DNA from: Prorocentrum cordatum
Lineage: Eukaryota
DNA: 54,088 nt
Direction of reading: 5' to 3'
Assembly (NCBI GenBank): GCA_963575745.1
Contig: CAUYUJ010000264.1
Location: 62,001 to 116,088, forward strand
The position numbers and the translations under genes are program-made. Each line of letters begins with the position of its first letter. Position 1 is the stretch's first letter. The notes beneath the pieces are model-generated. The model was not told the origin of the DNA. It saw only the letters and a program-made list of their open reading frames with translations, and ran no database searches. Shown one piece after another: positions 25,659 through 35,900 of this stretch.

Positions 25659-27143
25659 TCAAGTGTGGATGCCGAGCTTCTTCTCCTGTTTGCGCACCCA
25701 CTTCTTGGCCGCAGCGATCGCCTTGTCGCTGCTGCCGCCGTGGCCGCTGAACTTGATGGCCGTCGACTGGCCTGGACCTTTCGTACCCGTGCGGCACATG
25801 ACCTGGCTGCGGGACCGTTCCGCCGAATATGAGGGTTTCGATGGCTTCTTGACCCCCTTCGTGCCCACGTGCTCGGCCTCAGTCTTCTTCTTGTTCTTCC
25901 TCTTCGCCTTGGCCTTGGCTTTGGGGGGCGCGGGGTGGCCGTCGCCAGCGGCCTTGCGCTTCCTCTTCATCGGCGGCGGCGGCTCCGCCTCCTCCACGCC
26001 GTCGGCGCTCTTGTTATCGGAGTCGCCCCCGTCGCTGCCCTCCGACTCGTCTTCGCTCGGCGGCGTCTTGGCCACATCTGGCAGGCGTTGTTTGCCACCG
26101 AGCTTCGCGAAGATCTTGTCCCTGGCCTCCTCCACGCTGTGCGTCGTCGGCGGCGGCGCCGGCTCCCTGTCGCCGATCGGAATCGCGCCGTCCGTGGCGG
26201 GCGCAATGGGCTGGTTCCGCGGAGTGTAGCGCCTGCATGGCACGCCGTCTCGCGCACCTTGGCGGCCGCCACCCTGCATCGTCATCGCCCTTTCCGCGAG
26301 CTGCAAAGCCATGTCGACGGACGATCGGTTGCCATCGGACGCGGCCTTGAGGCGAGCCTTGGACTCTCGCATCGGGACCGCGTCGCACAGCACCATCAAC
26401 ATGGCGCGGTCCAGCGGGCACCCGTTTGCTGGGGCCTCCCCTCCGCCACCATACGCGCGCGAGTACCACTCGGGGTGCACCTTCGGCATGTCAGTCGGGT
26501 CCGCAGGGAGCTCGCTGACGAAGGACGGCTCGGTCGCGGCAAGCTGCTTACACAACTTCCACGGCAGGAGCTTCTTGGCGTATGTTTTCGCCCGCTTGAA
26601 ATAGCCCCACTGTGCCATCGGACACATGCGCATCGTCCAATCGAAGCCGTCCACGAGGAGGGCGACGCACGCCGCCAGTTGAACCGTCGGCTCATGCAGC
26701 GTGCGCCACCCGAGGGATTTGCAAGCCTGCAGGACGACCGCAACCCGACCCATGAAGTCGTTGCGTTCGTCCAGAATATTGTCCCACTGCCTCTTCGTGA
26801 GGTAGGCCAGGACGGGCGAGAAGTCCTGCATCGGCGTCCTGCCCGACCCCGCCAGCTCCGCGCTTGCGGCCGCGTTAGCGGCCAACATTTGCGCTGAGGC
26901 CGTCGCCAACGTCGTGACGCGGCCGAGCAGCGTGGCAAGCGCCCTCTTGCCGAAAGGCATCTGGCCGATCTCCAGGACCAGCATGGCCGAGTCCTCGGCG
27001 GAGATGAAGGTCCACGGCGCCATGATGGCCATCGCCATGGCGCTCTGCGCCTCCGCGATCTCCTTGTACGCGTCGGACTTCTTCCCGATCTGGGCGAGGA
27101 CCGACTTGGCGGCCTTCAGCTGCTTCACCAGGTCGGCCGCCAT
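25659..27143 (-). CDS. Hypothetical protein (~494 aa) with C-terminal AP2/integrase-DBD-like domain
   Basis: ATG at 27143 (MAADLVKQL) and a globular N-half. It has a basic NLS-like stretch. The C-terminus SYSAERSRSQVMCRTGTKGPGQSTAIKFSGHGGSSDKAIAAAKKWV fits the three-strand plus helix pattern of AP2-like domains (by eye). Confidence 0.6.
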   Translation of the reverse strand: MAADLVKQLKAAKSVLAQIGKKSDAYKEIAEAQSAMAMAIMAPWTFISAEDSAMLVLEIGQMPFGKRALATLLGRVTTLATASAQMLAANAAASAELAGSGRTPMQDFSPVLAYLTKRQWDNILDERNDFMGRVAVVLQACKSLGWRTLHEPTVQLAACVALLVDGFDWTMRMCPMAQWGYFKRAKTYAKKLLPWKLCKQLAATEPSFVSELPADPTDMPKVHPEWYSRAYGGGGEAPANGCPLDRAMLMVLCDAVPMRESKARLKAASDGNRSSVDMALQLAERAMTMQGGGRQGARDGVPCRRYTPRNQPIAPATDGAIPIGDREPAPPPTTHSVEEARDKIFAKLGGKQRLPDVAKTPPSEDESEGSDGGDSDNKSADGVEEAEPPPPMKRKRKAAGDGHPAPPKAKAKAKRKNKKKTEAEHVGTKGVKKPSKPSYSAERSRSQVMCRTGTKGPGQSTAIKFSGHGGSSDKAIAAAKKWVRKQEKKLGIHT

Positions 27144-27679
27144 GGCGCCCGCGGGCGTCACTCGCGTCGCGCACGCGGCGCGACTGCAAAGCCGACAACG
27201 GCTATGCACAGCGATCGTTCAAAACGATTGCCGCCTACTTAAGTTAGCGATCGGTATCGCTTCTCTGCTTCTCCCTCCTCCTCCCCGCCCTCCCCCAAGC
27301 GATCGCTATCGCTTCTCCTTCTCCTCCTCCTCCTCCTCCTCCAAGCGATCGCCATCGCAACCTCCCCCCATCCCCCTCCTCCTCACACAAGCGATCGCCA
27401 TCGCTACATCCCCCGTCCCTCCCCCTCCTCCTATGATCCCTCCTCCACCTCCTCCTCCTCCTCTCTTGTTTTTGCAACCCGTAGGGTTCGGTCCGTGCAC
27501 GTCCTACTCCCCCCTCCCCCCCTCCCCCAAGCGGTCGCCATCGCTGTTCCCCCCGTCGCCCCTCCTCCTCCTTCTGGGGGAGGCGAAGCGACGGCGATGA
27601 CGATGAGGAGAAGGAAAAAAGATGAGGAGACGGAGAGCGATGTCGATCGCTGAAAGGAAGGTGGATGATGATAAAGGGG

Positions 27680-28155
27680 ATCACTGAGCGCCGCGCGCAG
27701 CCGCTCTGCCTCGCGGAGGCGCGCGGGGCTCGCGCGCGCGGGGCGCGGATGCGCGATGTGGGGTGCTCCGCGCGAGCTCGCGCAGGGGGCTCGCGCTTTG
27801 GCGCTCAGGCGCCAGCGCGACAACCTGCTGCAGCAGCTCGCGGAGGCGGATACCCACTCCTCCCAGCGATCGCCATCGCTCTCCCCCGCATCCTCCTCGT
27901 CCGCTTCCTCCCCTTCCTCCTCCTCCTCCACCTCCTCCTTCCCCCTCCTCCCCCTCCTCGCCCCTCCCCCCGCCCCCTCCTCCCTTCACTCCACCGCCCC
28001 TCTCCCCCTCCCCCCGCCTCTGCAGACCGTCAGCGCGGAGCAGACAGAGCGCGCCGCGCAGCTCTCGCTGTGGCTGGAGGAGGCGGGAAACGATGACGAC
28101 GAGACGACGACGACGGCGGCGGCGACGACGACGACGAATGAGGCGGAGCGCGAGC
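27680..28155 (+). pseudogene. Inverted, truncated paralogue of the 14890-15110 region
   Basis: 27680 GATCACTGAGCGCCGCGCGCAGCCGCTC is close to the reverse complement of 15069-15099. CGACGAATGAGGCG near 28130 matches the reverse complement of ~14895-14910. Confidence 0.5.
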
Positions 28156-29951
28156 TAGTGTTATAGTTGCGCTCATATGGAAAACGCACATCATGTTGAT
28201 TTCGCCGAAGATGTTCGAAATATGTTCGCGGCGTCTGTTTTGATATGTTCGAAATATGTTCTGCCGATGGTTCTGTTTTATATGTATTTTAAGTATGGTT
28301 GTGTTGCGAACAGAGTTAAATATCGTACTTTGCACATATATTATACACTTGCGCCACTGATGTTTATGAGTGCCTAACGTAGCCTGCGCTCGCAAACGCC
28401 ATGGTTTGCATGACGCAATGATAAAAGTGCCACTCATCATATCCAGCGCACGCAGTTCCGACAGTCCCAGTGCACTTTAATTATGTAATACAGCGTTCCC
28501 AGCTTCCCACGAAACCCCTGCATAAGTCGGCGTTGTCCAACTTTGGGTATGTCTGTCCAGGTTCATTGCTGACCCAGCTCATTTGATTTTGTTTAGCCCA
28601 TCTCGACCCAGCGCAGCCCATCCCAGCATGGGTCAGGGGGCCAGCTCAACGCAGCTCAGCGCAGTTCAGCGCAGCTCAACTCAGCCCAGACAGTCCCAGC
28701 ATAGCGCCTGGTCCTCCCGTTCTGCCGCCCTGCGCAGTTTTGGGGAGGAGGAAGAGGAAGGGGGCAGCGGAGGATGAGGAGGGGGGAGGAACAGGAGGAG
28801 GAGGAGGGGGAGGAGGAGGAGGAGGAGGAATTGCTGACGCTTCGCGGATCCCCACCAGCCAACCCAGAAACGCTGCCCAAATGAATTGCCTCGATCAGGG
28901 AAGTGAGCAGCACGCAGAGGAAGCCGCCATGGAGACATCTTGTAGTGTTTTGAGCCATACTGGAGGTCATCTTGGGATTTTGGGCTCTCAAACGCGCTCT
29001 TGGAGTCATCTTTCTTAAATCAGTCTCCCCCCCCCCCCCGCCCCCCAAGAGGCCAACATGCGGCGTGGCCTCCGCCAGTGCTGCTGATCCGCGGCGATTC
29101 CGCTGCTGTCGGGGGCAGCCCAACGCGTCTCTGTTCCTCCTCCTCCCCCATCCTCCCCCTCCTCCTCCTTCTCCTGTTCCCTCGTCATCGTCATCTTTTC
29201 CTTCCTGGTAGTCCTCGCCCCCATTTTGCCCCTCCCTCCGCGGGTGCCTGGGGGGGAGGGCGGCTCCAAAAAGGGACATGAATTCGGTATTTTTTCAAAA
29301 CGATTTTTCAAATAAAAAAACAGGACGCAGGCTTCCTCGCCGAGGCCGTTTTCGACGTTTCGACGATTCGCGGAACCCCTTGTCATGGCCCAGGGGAGGG
29401 GGTCGGGGGAGGGTTAAGGTTAAAGGTTAAACCGACACCCCTCCCCGAAGGGGAAGGCGGAGGGGTGGAACAGGAACATCCGGGGCACGCTCCGATGACA
29501 AATGTTGACATGCGTTGCAACCATCACAGTCCAGAGGAGGGAACGGGGCTTCCTCCCGAGGGGTGGGATCAACAGTTGGGCCCGGCCAGGGCCCAGGCCG
29601 CAGTCGTGGTAACGTCCGAACCCCGACCAATGCAGTCCGAAATTCAATTCAAATTATTGTAGCCAGTGCCCCCCCCCCCCACTTCCGCAGCAGACCCCCC
29701 CTTTTTCCATCAAAACAATTGTTGTCAGCAAAAGTGTCGCAGGCAAAAACGCGCGCCTGGGCGCTGGGGGAAAGGGGGCCGTCGAGGGGCCGATGCCGGG
29801 TTCGCTCCGAAGTCTTGGCGCTGCAGCCCCTTAGGCCCTAGCCCCTGGCCCTAGGCCCTAGGAGGCCCTAGGTCCTAGGCCCAACAACCAGTGGGGGAGG
29901 GGTTCCCGGGGGCAGGGGGGCGGAGCTCTTGGGCTCGAGCTGTTTTGCAGC

Positions 29952-32900
29952 ATGCTGCCTCCCAGTCCTCGGGCATGGACTGGCGGGGCAAGCGGGGACT
30001 CGAGTCCTGATCCGTGGGCGCCCGCGTCCCCGCCAGTCTCAGTTGCGCGATGTTCAGATTGCGCAGGCAGCGAGTTGGCTGATTGTCCGACGCCCCTCGG
30101 TTCACCGCGATCAAATGTGCCATTTTCTTCACCTGAAGGTTCTGCGGGGCGCGACCCTTCGCCCGAGCTTGCTGACAGGGATGTTTTGCCTTGGGAGCCC
30201 CCTCTGAGTCCTGAGAGCCCCCGCAGTAATTTACCGCCACTGGCGCATTACATGCAGAGAGATTCGACTGGCTTCACAAGCCCGCGGTTACCTCTTGCAG
30301 ACGACGCACAGCTGCAACCATTGTCAGATCCTGGTTCTGGGAGTTTGTGGGAATTGTTGAGGCCGACAGGCCAGGCAGTTCATAAAACTGCAGTCGCCCT
30401 CATCTTAGATCGCGAGTTGGAGCCATCTGAAGAAATTTATAAATGCATGGACTTTCTCTTCGGTGGTGTTCCTCGTCCGGCCACCTCCGTTGCAACTGAG
30501 TCGAGACTCCTCGACCTGCCGCCAAGAGATGCAGCGCTGTTGCCACTCCAGGTTGCTGCAGTCAGCCATTATGCGTTACGGTCATTTCTAAGTTCTTTAT
30601 GTTCGCATTTGACGTTTCTGCACGACCAGAAGCACATTCGATTAATTTGCGCTGGAACGTTCCTGGCTTACGATGAGACTCCCCTATCTTTCGCCGTCGG
30701 GGATGCGCCATTAAATCGGGTGTTCTTGGAATCAGCTCTTGAAGCGCGCAACAGGCCCGACGATTCCAAAAAAAGAAGGAGGTTTGAAAAACAGACATGC
30801 AAGGTATTGCAATCGGATTTCAAGATATGCTTCATCTTTGAGGATTTCAGAGCTCGTCGCATTTTCAATATTGACGCTGCGCGGTTCGCATCTGGAAACA
30901 GCGGGCTTGGTCTGAAAAGTGCTCCAGTGACTCCGTTGGACTCCAGCGTGTCTTGGGGGTTGGGGCTGTCTGGGCATTGGCTGTCCGGGGGCCCCCAGGT
31001 CTCGGGGGCATCTCGGGCTCGCGGGGTTCTCACCATTCTTGGGATCTTGGGGGTCTTTGTGGGGGGGGGGAGTGGGTGGAGGGGCACCGGGCTTGGGGGG
31101 TTCTGCACGCCGCAGCGGGCTCGCGGCTCAAACGAGGAGGAGGGGGGGAGGGGGGGGGGGAGGGCAGTGACATGCCTGACATGCGGCACCCCAGTTTTTT
31201 CTCTTGCGACTGAGGAGTGCGAGTTTCGGGTGGGCCGCTTGCTCTCTTGGGGCCCAGCCCCGTCGCGGTGGGCTCTGACTCGGGGCCTCCTGGAGGCCAT
31301 CTGGGTCTCCAGCCGCCCCAGGCCATCTTGGGGCTTCGGGGCCCAATCGATCAGAGCAAAAAAAAATTAGGAGGCGAGCGCCACTGAGTTCCCAGCTGTC
31401 TTTGACAGGTCTGGCCCTCTAGCGAGAGATCGAAGACAGGGGCGCGGGCCCGGCCCTCGGCGTCTGGGAGGCACGTCGGCGCGTCGGAGACCATCTTGAA
31501 CCGTTTTCGCTTATCTTGGGCCATCTTGGATGCCGTCTCAGTGGAGGGCAATCTTGGGCCGTCGGGCGTGCTTGGGCTGGGGCCTTGGGCAGCCGCGCCG
31601 GACCTCTCGGCGCCATCTGAGGCCTTCTTGGGCGCTGCGCCGCGCCCCACATTGCCTGGCCCAGGCTGGGGCGGGGGGCAGGGGCAGGGGCCGCCCCCCG
31701 AGAGCAGGGGCGGGCGGGGGGGAGAGACAGCGGATGTAATAAACCATGCCATGCACGCTCAGACGGGCTGGTGGGATTTGGTCGCCCCATGCCCGTGCCC
31801 GTTGCAGCAGACAGACAGCGCGACTGGAGAGGTTATCATGCGTTTTGTTCGTGAGCAGATGGAGGTGCCCATGCTGGACACACTGCAGAAAAAATGTTCG
31901 CTTGCATTTCACTGTTCCACGTGCGACCGCGGGGCGGCCAATTTAAAAGCTGAGAACATCATGGCATCAGATTCTGTTTTAGCGAGCAGGTTTACTATGG
32001 TGTGCGACCTGCACATTGGCAGCACCGTGCAGTGCCGGCAGTACCAGCCAGTGTCGAAGTTCATATCTGGGATGGTTGCGTTCTCTCTTGCTCAGCGGGC
32101 CCCCCAAGCCCTGATCAAATTCCGACAAGCACTCGAATATGTATTGCTTGACAGAGTGCGCCCAATTGCAATACAGCCGCCTCCAGATGACCACCCGCGA
32201 GTTGTTTACAGACATCGGGTGCTCGATCTTTTTTTGCGTAGTTCAGGTGAGGACCAGGTGAGGAAAGCGAAACTGAACATATTGTTGACAGGGGACTTGC
32301 AGGATCGTCGTATCGAGTGGTGCACTGGAAGCGAGATTTTCGATATTCAGAAATGGGCAGAGGAACTGAGCATGGCATTATTTCCATTTGCAACTCCGCT
32401 GTTTCCTCGGACGCGATGGTTGCTGAGCCATGCAACGTTGAACAGTGTGGGGTTGCTTTCATCGTGCCATTGTATTTTGACCCAGGCTGTGCCTGCGTGG
32501 GTGGCCCTCCTGGCGGGGAAGCCCGCTCCGCCGTTGGACAGTATTGACGCAGAGTTCATGGGCGATGGAGATGTCAACGACGCCAGACCAGAATCATATA
32601 TGAGAGATGGCGTGATGGACTGGCAGGCGTTCAACGAGGCGCAGCGAGGCTGCGCGAAGCAGTTCGCCAGGGATCGACCAGGGCCTTTGGCGATGCTTAC
32701 TCGCTTGTGCGTTGAACCCATGGTAACATTGTTTGATAGATTGTTGAAGCGTTCAGGGCATGAGACAGTCCTTGATGCCAAATACGAGGCAGCGTCAACA
32801 GGCCGATTGAGGGGCAGGCTTCTCGACGCTTACAACAGTACGCTCAGCGTGCCGCTGTTCAAGGATATTCTTCGATTGCTTTCTGACCCCGACCCGTGGA

Positions 32901-35900
32901 CGCTCTTGCCTCAAGGGGCTCTAACTTACGAGTTTCACAGTTTGGCATGGGCAATGTTGATCCGCGCAGCTGCAGGTGTGCGACACCTCATGCATCGGCC
33001 TCAGCGCGGGTATCCGTTTCGCTTGTTCTCGATATTGCAGGATTCGAGCGCAGCAGATGGAGTCGTCGCAGACATGGTGGGCGGGTGTTTGATGGACAGC
33101 TGGTCCAAGGCAGTGTGGGCGTTTGAAAGCCGTGGCATTCTTCCTTGGCCCAGGGTAGGTGTCAGCCCCAGGGTAGCGCAGGCACAGGGGGCAGCGTGGT
33201 GTCCAGGATCGCGAGCGCCCCAGCGGAATATCCGAAATCCGAGGCAAGTTGATCGCCCCCCCGTAGGAATTCCGAGCTTCGAAGAGTCGGCCTTGAGCTC
33301 CCCAGTCCCCAGTGATTCCCAGTGCCCCCAGTTGCTCGTTGCGCAGGGATTTTTTTTTTACGTGGCCTGCGCGGGCGGGAGTGATCGGCCTACTTGGGCC
33401 TAGCCTAGTCCCTTGTCTAGTGAAGTGACTAGTGGTGACTACAGTGTAGTAGTAGTGACTACTAGTGTTACTAGTAGTGGCTAGTGACTAGTGTGAGTGT
33501 TAGTCAAGTAGCGTCACTAGAGTCACAGTCCCTAGCCATATCCATTATCTAATGTTTTAATGATTGATTAATGTTTTACTCATATTCCCATGTATTCATG
33601 TATTCCTGCGCGCGCGACGGGGCAGGGTTTCCTGACTTTTACGACTCTACGACCGTGTTCTTTTCTGGAGTTTTAGTTCTAGACGTTACGCGTTTCCCCG
33701 CCAGCCCATCCGCACAAAGTGGACGCGGACGTTGTCCGGGCGCCGCGGGAGCCCCAAGAGGGCCCCGAGAGTCTCTCTGGACACACTGGACATGGATGTC
33801 CAAATTGTCCAGGCGCCGCAAGCGGGCCCCGAGATGGCCCGGGCCCAGGTCATCTCCAGACAAATTGGACATGGATGTCCAGATTGTCCGAGCGCCGCGG
33901 GCGCCCCAAGAGGGCCCCAAGAGTCCAAGAGCCGGAAGGGCCCCAAGAGAGGCCAAGGCGCCAAGGCCGTCCCCGGACAAACTGGACATGGACGTCCAAA
34001 TTGTCAGGGCGCCGCGCGCCCCCCAAGAGGGCCCCGAGCTTCCGAGAGGGCCCCGAGAGAGGCCGAGGCGCCGTCTCCAGACAAACTAGACGTGGATGCC
34101 CAAATTGCTTGGGCGCCGTTGGCGCTCCAAGAGGGCCCCGAGAGCCCAAGGGCCCAAGAGCCCCGAGAAGGCCCTGGCCGTCCCCAGACAAACTGGACAT
34201 GGATGTCCAAATTGTCCGGGCGCCGTGGGCGCCCCGAGAAGTCCCGAGAGGGCCCAGGCCGTCACCAGACAAACTGGACATGGATGTCCAAATTGCCCGG
34301 GCGCCGTGGGCGCCCCAAGGGCCCAAGAGGGCCCCAAGCAAGAGGGGCCGAGGCCAGGCGCCGTCTCTGGACAAATTGGACATGGATGTTCAAATTGTCC
34401 AGGCGCCGTGGGCGCCCCGAGAAGGCCCCGAGAGTCCCGAGAGGGCCTTCTTGGGGCCGTTTGGCCGTCTCTTGGGAGCTTCATGGAAGCTGGGAGTCTC
34501 GGTCTCCTGGGCCTTTGGGGTCTCAGGAGATCGATCAACAAAAAGGGAGGGGGTTTCATTGGCAGCAGCACCGCCCCTCGGGAGCCTCTAACAGAACATC
34601 GCCTCTTGGACCACTCTTGGAGCGCTCTTGGGCGCTCTTGGGCCCATCTTGGGGCTCTCTTGGCTTGGCCCCTCTTGGAACTTTCTTGGGCCATTTTGGA
34701 GCCACCTTGAGGCCTCGGATGGCCATCGGAAACGAAACAGCGAGAAAGCAACAATCATTTGACTCCCTAAGGAGTTCAATGGATGTTTGCCTCTTGGAGG
34801 CCTCCTTGGAAAGCTAGTAGTTGGCCTCTTGGAGCCGTCTTAGAGTCTTGGGACGGTCTTGGAGCCTCTTGGAGTCTTGGAGCATATTCGGAGCCATCTT
34901 GAGGTATCTTACGCTATTTGGATCAATACTGATATCGGAGGTCATCTGTCTTAGGCCCGGCTTTCCGAAGCGCTCTTGGAGCCATCTTGGGCGACAAAGT
35001 ACCCTCTGACCGCTCGCGAAACGCCCCGCCCAGGTCAAGGGGGGGGGTAGGGCCTAGGGGCCCAGGGGGAGGGGTAAACCCCTCCCCGAAGGGGAAGAAG
35101 GAGGGGTGGAAGAAGAAACTCTCTAAACCACCCACGCCGTCTTGGACCCAACTTGCACGTTTTGGAGCGTTCTGGAGCCGTCTTGAGGCCATAGTCTTTC
35201 GCGACTGGAGGAACAGGCCGCGCTTCCAAAGGGCCCAACATTAAGAAGCTACCTTTGTTCAAGTGCGGTGCCTGTTCGTTCCATATGTAAAGAACTTTTA
35301 TTTTTCTCAAAAAACCGCCACGACAAACATATGCATTGTTGCTTTTTGCTCCGGATACTTTTGCTAAAACATATTCCAACAGATGAACCCCGCATGACAA
35401 CCGAATTTTGTATGGAATATGTACACTATCAGAATGATGCTGCTCCTGCTGATGCTGCTGCTGCTTCTCCTCCACCTCTTCCTCCTCCTCCGCCTTGAGC
35501 AGCGTCCATTGAGTCCATTTCAACAGCGTCCTCCTGACAGCACCGTGGTTGAAATCACCGCCTCCTCCTCCTGTTTCTCCTCCTCCCCCTCCTCCTCCTC
35601 CTCGTCCAACTTGGGCGTTTTGGATATCTTGGAGCTTGAGGCGCATGGTGCGAGATAATCGTGCGAGAGAGCTGGGGGGCGCGAAGGCCGCGAAGGCACC
35701 GCCTCCCCACTGCGGCATCCATCAGCGAGAACACCTGCGCCAGGGCAAGGCGCCACGCTGTCCGCAGATATTGCTCAGCGTGGCTAACCGCCCTGGCACA
35801 GCGTCCCTTGGCGGCGGAGGGGCCCCTCATTCGGGCGGTCGAAGGCCTACGGGTCGAAGGCTGTTTCCGAGCGCTGCGGGGCGCCTGGCAAGGCCCGTTG

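Larger units (their letters stand above)
12700..28163 (-). mobile_element. Large multi-gene CACTA/EnSpm(CMC)-like DNA transposon cassette (boundaries approximate)
   Basis: Contains a CMC-type transposase plus ~6 co-oriented ORFs. The AGCGAT-N4-ATCGCT palindrome appears confined to 12881-27880. There is an AT-rich TAAGTTACTTA block at the left edge. Confidence 0.6.

Noticed and set aside
12700..28163. Polinton/Maverick or endogenous virus
   Set aside because: No pPolB, retroviral-like integrase, A32 ATPase, protease or capsid motifs were recognised.
33713..34420. CRISPR array
   Set aside because: The linkers are low-complexity, mutually similar and variable in length. No cas genes.
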